A DNA stretch of 45,079 nucleotides, from the NCBI GenBank assembly GCA_905178155.1, contig CAJINV010000003.1:191575-236653 (forward strand). The letters run 5' to 3'. The DNA comes from Amoebophrya sp. A120. Its lineage: Eukaryota; Protista; Dinoflagellata. Each line of letters opens with the position of its first letter. Position 1 is the first letter of the stretch. Position numbers and translations under genes: made by a program. Shown here in pieces: positions 13,201 through 26,489 of this stretch. A model generated the notes under the pieces. It was not told the origin of the DNA and made no database searches. It worked only from the letters and a program-made list of their open reading frames with translations.

Positions 13201-15136
13201 AGGCGATCAAGCACGACCAGCTGCTTCTGCTGCACAACCTGCAGAACGACCCCAACATCTGCGACGACGACAGCGACATTGAGGAATACCTGCAGATCTG
13301 CTCCACCTCCGCGAGCAGCGGGGGCGGTGCTCCCAGCACCCGGCCGCAGTCCGGCCGGAGCCACTACCTCACCAACGACGATGGTGCCTCCACCGAAGGC
13401 CACCAGCACCATCTTGAGCGGCCCATTTTGGATGTGTACGAAACGGTAAAGAAGGGCCTACTCGGCTCGTGGGTCGACAGCAAGGGCCAGTTTCTGGAGG
13501 TGATTCCCTTCGAGGGGCCGGATTTGCACCGCCTCAACGTCGTAGCCAACGAGGACGGAACCCGGTTCAAAGTGGCGGAAATCGAAATCAGCGAGGACGT
13601 GTTCTCTAGTCCAGTGCCAGTCTATTTTAAACCCATCGACCACCACGGCGCTCCTGCACATGATCCACCGAGCAAAAATTCTGCCAAAAAAATAGATCCA
13701 GCAAAAACTACTACTGCTGGTGCCTCGAGAACCTCGGGAGACAAAGTTTCTTCTGAGGACGACTTTTTGAAGCGGAAAAACACGGAGGGGGCCATGAAAG
13801 AGGACCATAATTATAATTCCGGCTCAGCGGCGGGAAGGTCCTCTCCGAGTTCAACAGCAGCGAAGCAGGAAAACAAGAGCACAAACGATAGTAGTACAAC
13901 AACATCAAAAGGAGCTGCACCAGGCCACGGCCAGCACGACAAAAGCACCGACGACGACTCGGACGACGAGGGCAACACTGTGTTTGTGTGGCAGTACACG
14001 GCGGGGGATCCATTTGGCGTCTGGCACGACGTGGATGCGGACGAGGAGGACGGCGCCGACGCGCTAGCTGACTCGTGGATGTGGCGCAAACCCGCAGTGC
14101 CCATCGTGGAGGAGTGGCCCAGCTTTGGGAGCGAAATATGCGTCGAGGTCGGCGAATCCGTCGAGATCGACGCAAAATTCATGGTGCTTGCGGCAAAAGT
14201 CTACGCAATTGGCCAGGATGAAACGGTACTTATAAAGAAAGTACTTACTACTTGAGTGCTTTTGTTGAGACCGCGTGCAAGTAGGTGTACTGCGTAAATC
14301 TGAACCTAGTTTCTGTAGAAGACAGAGAAAGATGTTTTATGACTACGCGTCTTGTACCCCTAGAAGTTGTTCTTCGTATAGTTTGGGAGGAGAATGTGAA
14401 TGCCATCGCTTTTTCAACACTTGAATAAATGTCGTTTACTTAACTATGTTGTTTGATTCTCAGACGTCGAAGCTGCTGACCGAGCTGGTGTGGCGTGGCT
14501 GCGTGATTTTCAGTGCGGAAGATTTTGACGAAGGTGTGGTCGGTGGCAGCGTGAACGTCGCTATGGCCAGCATCGGGTCCGCGGCCGTGGGTCTCCGCGC
14601 TGTTCTGGACCTGCAGGCGTTCATCCCGGGCGACAAAGTTTCCGCCCTAACGGTGCTAGCAAACAACCCGGCCACGGAACAAGCGTTTAACGGAGTGGTA
14701 CGCTTATATAGCAGTTCTTCGTTGTTTCCTGTTGTCATCGTAGTGGTACACTGTATGCGTTAACAAGAATGATCAAACCATAGAGCAGCATATGCGGTGG
14801 GCTGCAACAGCATGGGAGCAGCTACACAGTGGAGCCGAGGGTAAATGTCTATAGTAGTTTTTTTTTCCAACTACACATCAGATAAGCAAGCCCTACCTCT
14901 CTCCTTTGGTTGAAGTGCTTGGCAACTACAAGCAAGATTTGCTGGAAGGCGATCACTACCCGGAAATGCGAGACCTTGCGGTCACAAAAGTGGAGGCCGG
15001 GCAGAACAAGGCCTCCAAGTTTGCGAAGGAAATTCGGAACGCAGTCCTGCGCGGCGACGATATTACCGCCTGCATTGGCGATTTCGAACTGTTCGACGCA
15101 GTCATGGAAGGCTACCGCCGAGCGGCTGGTGGATAA
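10204..15136 (+). CDS. Large protein with an archaeo-eukaryotic primase (AEP/PrimPol, NCLDV-primase-like) domain
   Basis: Exons 10204-10548, 10760-11411, 11519-11691, 11927-12218, 12437-12796, 12967-14225, 14464-14697 and 14882-15136 join in frame (first intron non-canonical, the other six GT-AG). AEP-like motifs RFYEDVDL (DxD), KVSLHF (His) and IYD...SLKMPFNDK. Confidence 0.72.
10549..10754. mobile_element. TIR introner-like element forming a non-canonical intron
   Basis: Ends TATCAAACAAAAAAAGTTCGTCAC... and ...GTGACAAACTTTTTTCTTTCCATA are imperfect inverted repeats. TSD CGCCG at 10544-10548 and 10755-10759. Removing 211 nt joins two different frames as PPP|DEL. Confidence 0.8.
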
Positions 15137-16578
15137 GCCGCAGCGGCTTGTGTAAGTACTTATTTACTCCAGCGGCCGATAATACCGGGATTACGGTTGG
15201 TTTATTTGAATAAAAGTATTTTCTGATTGACGTCCAGGTTCAGGTTCACCGTCCGCTACTGTAGCGAGTAGTCCACGAAAGAAGTGATGTGGCCTATTAC
15301 AAGAAACTAACATCCAATGCAGGTGAGTCTGATTAGTTACTCACCCCTCCAGCGATTCTGATTTTGAATAGGACCAGTTTTTTCCGAGAATACAGCATGC
15401 AACTGTGATGTGAGCAGTTTTGATGTCATATAAGTTAGTTGTATAAAGCACACCGACGTTCCGAAAAAACTGTAAATTTTTTGTCAAAGTGAAAGTAAGA
15501 CTAGGAGGGCACCCTGCCTCTACCACACACGGTGTTCGGCCGCGTCACTTAATCTTTTTTATCCATAGACTACATATAAGGAATTATGCGAGGTTCTCCG
15601 TCTTTTTCTTCGGCTTTATCTACATTAGAGCTCAAGCAGCTCCTGTCCGACTGGTGAACGCTGCTGTGCCTTATCAGGAATAACGCAGTAGCTCCCCCCG
15701 CACCTTCTAGGCTGGCCTGTTGTTCTTTGTGCTGGCTACGTGCCTGCGCCGGCAACACTTCTTGTTTTCATCTCTATTGATTTAATTTCAAACGTAACAG
15801 CATATACTTGAATTTTCATCTGTGTGTAGACAATTTTTGGAACTACTCACTATCATAAAGTAGGTCTTCTTTTTTCCGTCCCTAACCCTGAGCTCCATGA
15901 TTGTGATTTCAGCTTTTCCTTCGAGTCCTGCCCAAGAATCGGAAGAGAAGTACAACGAAAGCGACAAAGTGCGACACGATGAATTGAAGCGAAGCGATCA
16001 AGTATGCCACAACGAAAATGTGGTAAAAACGAGCGCGAATATCGTTCACTGTGTTTTGGGTACTTACGCGGGAGGAAACGGCAATAGAAAATCATTTGGC
16101 TCGCAAAAATAGACCCGTGCCCGATCGAAATCGTACCCACATATAGTATGTGTATGAAATGTAAGAACCACAACAACGCTTGTTGAAAACAACTTGCCGG
16201 CTTCTTAAGACCAATTTGAGGAAGCAGAATTGAAATAAGTCTAGACAACAGAAGATGCTGAACTACTCACACGGTAAGTACTTACACGGTAAGTAAAACT
16301 TGCGAATCAAAGACGGCGAAGGTAGAAAAAAATGTTTTGTGGCCACTATTCTGCCGATGAACCCAAAGATCCTTCACAAAAATACGGATGCTGGAACGTA
16401 AAAAGTTACGTCGATCTTTGACTAAATCGACGCCACATCAGCTGACATGTTTCCATCAGGCTTGCGGTAAAGTAGAGGCGTAGACGAGATTGACTTAGAC
16501 CAAGCTTCCACTTGTAGTAGCCCGTGTGAACTGTGATTTTGCGATCTTCCACTAGACGATCCGCTTTTAGAAGGCAAG

Positions 16579-17277
16579 ATGGGCCGACGCGGACGCGACA
16601 GTAGCAGTGAGCAGTCCGCGAGCCAGAGTCGCTCGCGGTCCAACCGGAGGACGAACAACCGGCGCTCGCGGTCCAGGGGTGGTAACAACGGAGACCGTGA
16701 CCGCTACTATGACGCCCGAGAACAACAGGAGGAGAAGTCTTCCTCGAAGCATACCAGCAAGTACAATGGCAACGGCGGTTCCAAGCGCTCGAACTACGAC
16801 CAGGATCGGGACGACAATAAATACAACAGCAAGCGGGCTGCGGCCGCTCCGTCGGACCGCGAGCGCGAACAGGACCGGCGGGTTCATCCACGGGGCCGGT
16901 CGCGCGACCGAGGCGGCGGTGGTCCTCGCGATCAACAACCTTCGAGCGACAGCGAGGTCGTTGAGAAGAAACCGAAGAAGAACAAGGACCGCGGCGATCG
17001 CGACGAACAAAAGGCCGAGGCCGCTCGGAAAGCCAAGGAGGCGGCGGAGGAAAAGAAGAAACAGCAGGAGAAGGAGGAGCGGCGGCGGGAGCGCAAAAAG
17101 CAACAATCTGAGATGGAAGCGATGCAGAAGATGATGGGCTTCTCGGGATTCGGCACCAGCAAGGGCGAAGATCACACCACGTCCGAGGCCTCCGGGGTGA
17201 AGAAGCAGACAAACCGCTCGTACCGACAGTACATGAACCGGCGTGGGGCAGATCAGCCCCTCAAGTATCAGCACTAG
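16579..17277 (+). CDS. SNRNP27: U4/U6.U5 tri-snRNP 27 kDa protein
   Basis: RS/RD-rich N-terminus, followed by the diagnostic C-terminal motifs MMGFSGFGTSKG and RSYRQYMNRRG. Intronless. Confidence 0.92.
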   Translation: MGRRGRDSSSEQSASQSRSRSNRRTNNRRSRSRGGNNGDRDRYYDAREQQEEKSSSKHTSKYNGNGGSKRSNYDQDRDDNKYNSKRAAAAPSDREREQDRRVHPRGRSRDRGGGGPRDQQPSSDSEVVEKKPKKNKDRGDRDEQKAEAARKAKEAAEEKKKQQEKEERRRERKKQQSEMEAMQKMMGFSGFGTSKGEDHTTSEASGVKKQTNRSYRQYMNRRGADQPLKYQH

Positions 17278-18248
17278 TCATTTGGCGACGTGAATGAAAA
17301 AACGGATGTTGGTCATGCGTCGTGGTGCAGAACCAAAATAGTTGTACTGCGCCCACCCACCATCTGTATTTGCTTTGCACGGCTATCTTGTCGTGATAGC
17401 CATGCCGTTCCGCTCTCTGGCGTCCTTCTTCTGCGTACAGAACGGGCAATGCAATGATCGCAAAACGACCCCCGCCTCTCTGAGAGTAACTAGAAGTACA
17501 GAGTAGCGAACTTTGAAACAAGGAGCAATACGACTACACCGACGAGAAACTCTCGCGAAGAAGTCGTTTTCAAGGAAAGGTGCCCCCATTTTTACGTATC
17601 TATCTGTACATCTGTGCGACCCTATCACGACCACAAGTCATGCAGGACAAGGTTTCTGTGTTCAGCTTCAGCGAAATGAAAGAGAAGACACAATGGAATA
17701 AATCAATGTGATCCGCTTTAACATGGTGCGCACTTCTTGCAAAGAGGAACAGGTTCCGTTTGATGATGAAAAGTGTAACAAGAAAATGGAAGATCAGAAA
17801 GAATCTCAAGGAAGATGCAACGACCAGGATATTTTTTGTAAGTGATGCGGCTGAATCCACAACAAGCATTTGCGTAGCGAGAGAAAAGATCTTGACAATT
17901 ACCCAATGATATGAGATCTGTTTTCCGTTTCGCTTCTTTCATTCAAGGACACTGGTGCCCATTCTTCCACGTATGACAGCATTTTGCACCTCTGGTGCTT
18001 ATTTGAGGCATCTAGTCTCCGCGACGGATCTTCGTGTTGTGGTTTACCTGAACCAGACTGCAAGGGAATTGCCTTGTTTCCCGACCATTTATTGGATTAC
18101 TAGGTTCTTGTGTTGAAGCGAGTCGAGACCGACATATACGAAACGCGCCGTTTCAGATGAACTACTATGATTATTTACTAAACCCTCGTTCTCCACCTCG
18201 TACAAAAATACGTTCGCCTGCAATTGTTGAATCGGCGACTCAGTGAAA

Positions 18249-21200
18249 ATGGCACCAAAAAAGAAGAACGCAAACAAGAAGAACACCGGGAATTCCGGTG
18301 GCGGCGACGACACGACTGCGGGATCGCCCGCGGGCGAAGTTCCGGACTTGAGCAATGTGGAGAACATCGTGGTTGGGTTGATCCAATCCGTCGAGAAGGT
18401 ACCGAACGGAACCCTGCTGAAGGTGCTGGTGGAGGTGCCAGATCGGGATGACGAGGTCTTCATCATTACCAACGCAAAGGTCGAAGAGGGCCAGAAGGTC
18501 GTCACAGCCATCGCACCCGTGCCGCTGCCAAATGGAGTGCAGGTAGCAGGATGAAATCCATTTTTCTATTGCACTCTTCTGTATTCCGCGCACGTTCACG
18601 TTGTGCAAAATTTTGTTTATGCAGGGGAAGAAGGTTTCGCTGTGAAAAGCCGATTACAGTACATGCAGTACATCATACACAAAAATAAAATGCAGGTGGA
18701 AGTTGCGACCATCGGGGGCTTTGACAGCGAGGGCATGTTCTGCGGGCCCCGAGAGCTGCTGTGGCCAACGACCGCGTTCCGGGCGGACCTTCCCGTCACG
18801 CTGCCGCAAGCGGAAATCGGCCCGGTGCCGAGCTACGAGGAGTGCCTGACACTGAAAAACAAACCCAAAGAGGAGAACGCGAAGAAGAAAAAGGGCAAGA
18901 AAGGCGCGGCCGGAGGCAACGACGAAGAAGATGACTTCGAGGCGGCGTTGAAAGCATTCGGGGTAGTGGAAGAGAGCAAAAGCTCCGGCTCCAAGGCAAA
19001 GAAGAAGGCCGCACCTCCTCCCGCGGCTAGTACAACACCGGAGAAGGCCAGTAGCAGCACAAAACCAGCAGCGGAGCAAGTACCCGCGGCTTCGGACGAC
19101 GCGGATGAGGACGGTGACGACGCAGCTGGCGACGAGGGCCTGACCGCGAAGCAGATCGCGAACCGCAAGAAAAAGGAGGCGAAAAAGCGCAAGGAGCAGG
19201 AAGCGAAGCTCAAGGCGCAGCAGGAGGAGGAAAATAAAAAGGAGGACGACAGCCCAGGCAAGGACGCGGGCGGTAAAAAGAAAAAGGGCGGCGCCGTCGG
19301 TAAGCTGCTCGCGGCGAAATTGGCAGAGCAGCAGGCGTTGGAGGAAGAGCGACAGCAAAAGTTGAAGGAGCTGCAGATACAAGAGGAGGCGGAGGAGAAA
19401 CGACTCGAGGAGGAGGAAAAACAAAAAGCCGAAAAAGAAAGGAAAAAGAAGGAAGAAAAGGCCAAGAAGATTGAAGAGCAGAAGCGGTTAGGCACGTACT
19501 TAACCGCCGCGCAGAAAAAGCAGCAGCAGGAGGCGCAGCGCGCGCGGGAAGCGCTCGGCCTGGACACGCACGTCGTGAGTAGCGCCCCGAAGGGCCCCGA
19601 GCTGATCGAAGTGGCACTCACGCAGCCGCTGAAGGACTTTTTCAAGAAGAAGTTGCAGTTCAAGAAGAAGGAGTGGGTGGTAGAGGCCCCGCTCCCCGCG
19701 GAGATCGAAGGTGCTGATGTGAAAAAGGGGGACGCGCTGTTTAAGATCAAGACCGACGAGGGCGCGAAGATCACGGACAAAAAGTTCGGGCTCGGGATGT
19801 ACCCCGTGGACGGCAGCTGCATCTTGGTCTTCAAGCGCGTACAGAAGGTGAACCAGCTGACGCTCTTCAACGAGGGGGCAAAGAAGAAAAAGGCAGCGGA
19901 GCAAAAGGAAGATTTAGTCGTAGAAGACGTGGACGAGACCACGACCACGACCGGGAAAAACACGAAAAATACGAGCAGCAGCCCCTCCTCCCCGTCGCGG
20001 TCACCGAAAAAGACGCCGCTCAAGGAAGAGGAACCGGCGCAGGAAGAGTCGGAAGACGACTGGGAAAAAGAGTTCGACGAAGAGGAAAAGAAGTCCAGTG
20101 AGGAGGTCGACAAGACGGACACGGCAGCCACCGCAGGAGACGCGAAAAAGAAAGCCGGTGACGGTAGTACAACTAAAAAAGACGAAAACGACGACACTGC
20201 ATCGGAGAAGGATTCGGACTCCGATGACGATTCCGACTCGGATAGCTCCTCGGAGGACGAGTATCTCGGCCTGCGGTCGCCGATCGTCTGTATCATGGGG
20301 CACGTCGATACGGGAAAAACGAAACTGCTCGACAAGATCCGCCGCACCAACGTGCAGGACGGCGAGGCGGGCGGCATCACGCAGCAGATTGGCGCGACGT
20401 TTTTCCCGGAGGCCTCGCTGCAGGAGCAGCTGGTCAAGGTGGACAAGGAGATGGAGCTCGACCTTCCCGGTCTGCTCATCATCGACACACCGGGGCACGA
20501 ATCCTTCAACAACCTGCGAAAACGCGGATCCTCCCTGGCCGACCTGGCGATCCTGGTCGTGGACATCATGCACGGCCTCGAACCGCAAACACTCGAATCC
20601 CTGGAAATGTTGAAGCAGCGCAAGTACTCACTTTTCTGAATAGAGTACACACGACACGAGCACGACACACGACACGCACTACCGAGTTGTAGCGTGGTGA
20701 AGTCCTTCTTGTTTCGGATGAGTATAAAAATATGTTATCAGCATGATGCAACTGACTATCAATCTTTCCACAGGTGCAACTTTATCATTGCGTTGAACAA
20801 AGTGGATCGCTGCTACGATTGGGACAGCAAATCTTATGTGGCTTTCAAGGACAGCTTTGAAAAGCAGAAGGAGCACACAAAATCCGAGTTTTGGGACAGG
20901 TACTTAAGTACTATTGCCACGAAATGTAGTAAAGCTACGAAATTTTCTTTTTCTCTGTAGTCTTTACTTGCTGCCAACCTGATAAAGAATGGATGTTGCA
21001 GCGCACGACAAGGCATATTGAACAGGCTTTTTTATTCGACCGTAGTTCATCTGTCAAAGTGTACTACTATTATCGGACACAACGCCCGAATCGAATGAAA
21101 TCGAGGGCGGCGCAAAGCTTCTTTTACTCTTCCATCGCACAAACCTCCAGGTTCGGCAAAATTCAAACGTCCCTCGCGGAGAAGGGGTTGAATACCTACC

Positions 21201-22945
21201 TCTACTGGGAGAACCCGAACCTGAAGCAGAACGTTTCCGTGATCCCCACCTCGGCGATTACCGGCGAGGGCGTCCCGGATCTGCTTTACATGCTGATCCG
21301 GTTGAGTCAGGAAGCGATGTACCGGCGACTGGAAATTAAAAAGGAGCTGGAGTGCACGATCCTGGAGGTGAAAACCATCGAGGGTCTGGGCACCACCATG
21401 GACGTGGTGTTAGTTAACGGCGAACTGAACAAGGGTGACACCATCGTCGTCCCAGGCATGAACGGCGCGATCGTCACACAGGTACATCACTTTGGATTTT
21501 TCATATCAGCCTCTCGACGTGCTGGTGATGTGCAACTAACCTGAACAACATCACCGAAGGCATGCAGATACTAGGAAAGAAAAAGAGGAGTAAACAGAAA
21601 AAATACACAACTCCTCCTGCGTTTATTTTGTCGTGACGCTGGGCTGGCACTGGCAGATCGAAGAGCAGGAGGACCACATGGAGTATGATTCGCTCATCGG
21701 TTCCAAAAGCACAATGTAAACCTCTCTTGCCAACGTCAACAGGTCCGCGCCTTGCTGACGCCGCAGCCTTTGCGCGAGATGCGGGTGAAGGGGGACTACA
21801 TCAACCACCGCAAAGTGGACACCAGCATGGGCATCAAGATTTGCGCCACCGGGTTGGAGCACGCCCTGGCCGGGGCCAGTTTGCGCGTGTGCAACGATCC
21901 GGAGGAGCTGGAGGACGTGAGGGAGGAAGTCGAGGACGAGTTTGAGGAAATGGTGAACGCGTTCGAGAAAGAAGATTTGGGAGTGTACGTACAGGCATCC
22001 ACCCTAGGGTCGTTGGAGGCTTTATTGGCATTCCTGAAGTCGATGAACATCCCAGTGTTCCAGGCGAACATCGGCGTCGTGCACAAAAAGGACGTAAAGA
22101 AGGCGGCCATCATGCGGGACAAGGGGAAACCGGAATACGCTGTCATTTTGGCGTTCGACGTGAAGGTACAGAAATTGATGAAAATGAATGATTATAGTTA
22201 CGTATCTATGTGTTAGTTACGACAGCATGATCTCGATGTTTCATTCCACTGCATTAGCCCTACGGCTGCACGAGCACGCCTGCTGGTGCAGCTCTGGGGT
22301 CCTCTACTACGTACTTGTTTTCTCTCCGAATAGCTACTACTCAGATGAAAGTGAAATTCAAATTCTATTATCTTCAAAAAACAAACCATCCACCAGGTCG
22401 ACGCAGACGCGCGAAAAGAGGCCGATCGTAGCTCCACCGGCGTGACAATTTTCACGGCGGACATTATTTACCACTTGTTTGACCAATTTACCAAGTACAT
22501 GGACAACATCCGTGAATTAAAGAAGAAGGAGGTCACGGACGAAGCCGTCTTCCCGTGCGTGCTGAAAATCATCCCCCAGTACGTGTTCAACAAGAAGAAC
22601 CCCATCATCGTTGGCGTGGACGTGGTGGAAGGCGTGGTCAAGGTCGGCACCCCGATCTGCATCCCGGAGCAGGATGGACTGGAGATCGGTCGCGTGATCG
22701 GCGTGGAGAAGGATAAAAAGGTCGTGGACAAGGGCGTCAAGGGCGAGTCGGTCTGCGTGAAGATCCAGCCCACGGTGCTGCAGTCGCACATCGTGCTCGG
22801 GAGGCATTTTTCCGTCACCCAGGCGTTGTACTCGAAACTCACCAGGCAAAGCATCGACTGCTTGAAAGAGCATTACAAGGACGAAATGAGCATGGATAAC
22901 TGGAAGCTCGTCGTCACGCTCAAAAAAGTTTTCGGTATCCAGTAG
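18249..22945 (+). CDS. EIF5B: Translation initiation factor eIF5B with an N-terminal tRNA-binding OB-fold domain
   Basis: Exons 18249-18542, 18696-20623, 20774-20899, 21151-21481, 21743-22165 and 22397-22945, all GT-AG and in frame. Motifs [69 protein letters not shown] and C-terminal LKKVFGI. Confidence 0.96.
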
Positions 22946-23918
22946 CGACGGATAGAAGAAGTACTAGCGACGAGAATGGCTTTCTGCAATCATGTGTAGT
23001 TTACGAGTCAAGAATAATGTATCAGGACCAGGAGCGGCATTGCGATCGCGCAGCCGCTTGTCTACTGCGGCTGTACGCAGCTCCGAGCAGCACTATCTAT
23101 TGCGACTTTTCATTTCATCACATTTCATTGCCAGGAGAATATTTTTACCATGGCGATTCCAAGCAAAAGCAACTTGTTTTTTCCCGACTTGACGAAGTCT
23201 GCGCTGCCGTGGCCTACCTACAAATCTTGTGTGTTCGAAGAAGAAATCGATAGTTTTTCGCAAGTCCTCGAGCTGCCAGTTGAACTCAGTTAGATCGCAT
23301 TCCCATTGAACAAGAAGAATCTTCACACGTGATTGTGAACGGGGCTCGAAACGTGGTCCGAACCCGAAGGCAGATCGAGAAGCATTCAGGCTAGTAGACG
23401 AAAGCGTATCTTCTTTGCGATTAATTACACAGGTCCTTCATCATCCCATGCCTCTAATATACATGGATCTTCTTTCTGCAATCCATGGCGATGGCCCTTG
23501 GCCAACGTCTCAACCTACCCCTCGTAGCCATTGGTGTAGTTTTGTAGCAAGATGCATTTGTTATTGTTTTTCCATCCTAACTTTTTACACCAGATCGACG
23601 CAGCGACACCCTAGGACTCCCTTTATGTTTTCATTTTCCCGAAGAAATCATTCGAGTATCAAAATCATCTTCGACCCTCTCTGGTACTCGTGACACCTAC
23701 GCTTTGTTTCGTATACCATTCGAACCCGAACACTGGTCTAGAAAAACATAGATCGATTTCCGAACACTAGTTTCTTGACCTGGATGCCACGTCGAGCGGA
23801 CTACTAGCCGCCTTTGAACATTTTGATGCTGGCTTGAATGGGTTACCCCTACTTCACGTCAACGATACAGTCATCGCCCTATTAACATCACTAGACCACT
23901 TCCTGGCTCGTTGTGGCC

Positions 23919-26046
23919 ATGTCAGCTGCCCAAGCGCGAATGCTCCCGCCCAACCTGGTATCAAAGGGGAAGGGCAAGGGCAAGAAGCGGCCGGGGAACA
24001 ACAATCCGCCAGTCGCAAACGGGGGCGGTGGAGGTCGACCACCGCAGAAAGAAACACTCCTGCCCCCCGACGATGGAAAACCACACGACCGCAGTAGGAT
24101 GAACAAGAAAGACGGCGATGCAGCAGCAAATAAGCCGCAAAAACGACGACGGCCGAATGCGGAAGACAGCGACGAGGAGAAGGAGGTGGAGGGCAGAAAG
24201 GACTTCAATCCCTTCGGCACCTCGAAGAAAGAGCAGGCCGAGTTCGAGGATTACGACTCAAACGCACTAGACTACGAGCAGATACGGCAAAGCAGGTTAA
24301 ACGCGAGGAAAACCGGCGGAACGGTGAAGGACACGGTATTTTTTGTAGTAGAGAGGACAATTCTGGCTCTGATCATACTGACTACTTTTGATCTTGCTGC
24401 GTGTTGACCTATGAATGCAAAATGAATTCAACCGGGAAAAATAGAGATCACTATTGATTTTTGCGCATTCGGACGGTGTCGGTAGTTGTAGTTCCACTTA
24501 TATCCCCATTTGATTCCTAGATAACGATAGACTTACGACTCTGTCTTCCCGTCCCCACCCACGTAAAAATTCTTCCCAGGTCGGCGAAGGCGAGGGTATT
24601 CGCGAGGAGAATCCGACCCTGGACCGGGAGCAAGAGCTGGGGTACCGGCTGGAGGCCTTCAACATGGACCGCGAGATGGAGGAGGGGCGGTTCGACGAGG
24701 GTGAGGGCGTGTTCCAGTTCGACGAGGTGCGGCAACTGAAGGAGGTTACAGACATGTGGCTGGATGAGGTGGATAAGGGCACGAAGGAGGCAAAAATGAC
24801 CGACAAGGACATTCGACTTATACGGGAGCGGGAGGCCGAGGAAGCGGAGAAGAACAGAGGTATGCTTTGGTTGCTTGTTTCAGCTCTGGCTTCGCACATG
24901 TAGCCGACTCATTTACTAATTTTTTCCTCCGCTTCACGACTCAAAGTTGCGAGCAGTGGCCGTTAGTAGGTTGACTTGTGTGAGCAGGACGAACTACTTA
25001 CAACAATATGTGGACTTTTATAATCATTTCGCCTCTTGAGAAGGAGGCTCCAGTGCTTTCGCTTTCGAGATGAGCGCCGTGTATAAAAAGCGAAGTACTT
25101 TTTTTTTATCACTTCAGTGAACTACAACCCGGAGCGGTTAAAGCGAGAATTAGCCGACCTGCTTGCCGCGAGCGAGACACCCGGGGACGCGATGCGGCGA
25201 TTGAATCGCGAAGCCGGCATCCGCGAGGCGTCGACTACAACCGGTGGCTCCTCCTCCTCCTCCACCGCCGGCTCCTCCAGCAAGTTCCTGCTACCGCACG
25301 AACGCAAGAAGCGCAAGCTGGAGAAGCAACAGCAGGGCGTAGCGGGCACCAACGGTAATAGTACTGCGGACGGCAAGAATGGGAGTGGCAGCAAGGTAGA
25401 GACCAACAAGTCGAAGCGCGTGTTCGACCCGGTTTGGGGGACGTGGACCACTTCTTCCGGCGCGTCGTCCGGGGTTGCAGGACAACCACAGCTGGCCGCC
25501 GGGGAAGTATTTGCGCCGGGCTACAAAAAGCGGGTTGTGGACGTGAAACTCAAGGGCGCCGAGGACGCCAGTCGCATCGGGGAGCTGTGCAACATTCTCT
25601 TGGAGCTCGGGGCCTTTGACATCTACGACATACCGAAGGAGAAAATCGTACCGCCGGAGGTACGCAAGGCCCAGACTGCCCAGATGAACGACATGATGAA
25701 AGATTTGCTCGACGACTCCGACGACGAGGAGGAAGGCGGCGCGTCGAAAAACGGCGCGGTTCCAGGGAACAAAAGCAGTCCGCCGGCTGCACCAGCTGTG
25801 CCGGGAGCTGGTGGTGCAGGTCCTGCAAGTGCTACATCATCTTCCGGAGCTAGTACAACATCATCGAGAAAATGGCAATACCAGCTGAACGGGCAGACCT
25901 ACGGCCCTTTCGAGGGCGCAATGATGAAGATCTGGGAGCCGATGCTCAAGGGCAAGGGACTCAAGGTACGCGTCGTAGATGCGCAAGGCCGGCCAACGGA
26001 CGCACACGCGCCGTGGGGAAATTACGACGAAACAGATTTCACGTGA
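23919..26046 (+). CDS. CD2BP2: CD2BP2 / U5-52K (Lin1/Snu40) U5 snRNP factor
   Basis: Exons 23919-24335, 24580-24859 and 25118-26046 (GT-AG). Motifs EAFNMDREMEEGRFD, DMWLD and ETPGDAMRRL, plus a C-terminal GYF-like domain KWQY...TYGPFEGAMMKIW. Confidence 0.85.
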
Positions 26047-26489
26047 CCCGGATGGAGTTAGCAGTTTATCACAGCGACAACATCTTCACATCCGAGAACG
26101 AAAAGAAGTAAGTACATGACTTCCACGAAATAATGATACGCAGCGGCTGCAGTCCAAGAGTGAAAGCCACCGTTTAAGAATATGGACACGTACAAGGCAG
26201 ATGATTGTTCACAAGAACCACGACCGCCTAGCTATGTCCTGGGCAGTTTTGTGAGCGATTTTAGTGCCTCATGGTTGTGTTCCTAGAGGACATTGTTCTT
26301 GTCGAGATTAGTCATATCAGGAATGTCGTGTGTCAATTCCTTCGTGCTTCATCCACTTTCCTCCACCTCTTTACTTTACTCTGTTATCTGTGTGCTTATT
26401 GCCTGCACATTTCTTGTTCTGGCATTCGTACTCAGGTCATGTTTCACTGAGAAGTGGAAGTGCGTGGCCACGGCCAGCGAAGTAAGAAG

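Noticed and set aside
18833-20668. 611-aa minus-strand ORF and other long antisense ORFs
   Set aside because: Shadow frames of GC3-rich + strand genes (here eIF5B), with no recognisable motifs.
23523-23534. CGTAGCCATTGG as a relic dinoflagellate spliced leader
   Set aside because: Only ~10 nt match the SL, the GCTCAAG end is missing, and it lies ~390 bp upstream of the ATG; chance is likely.
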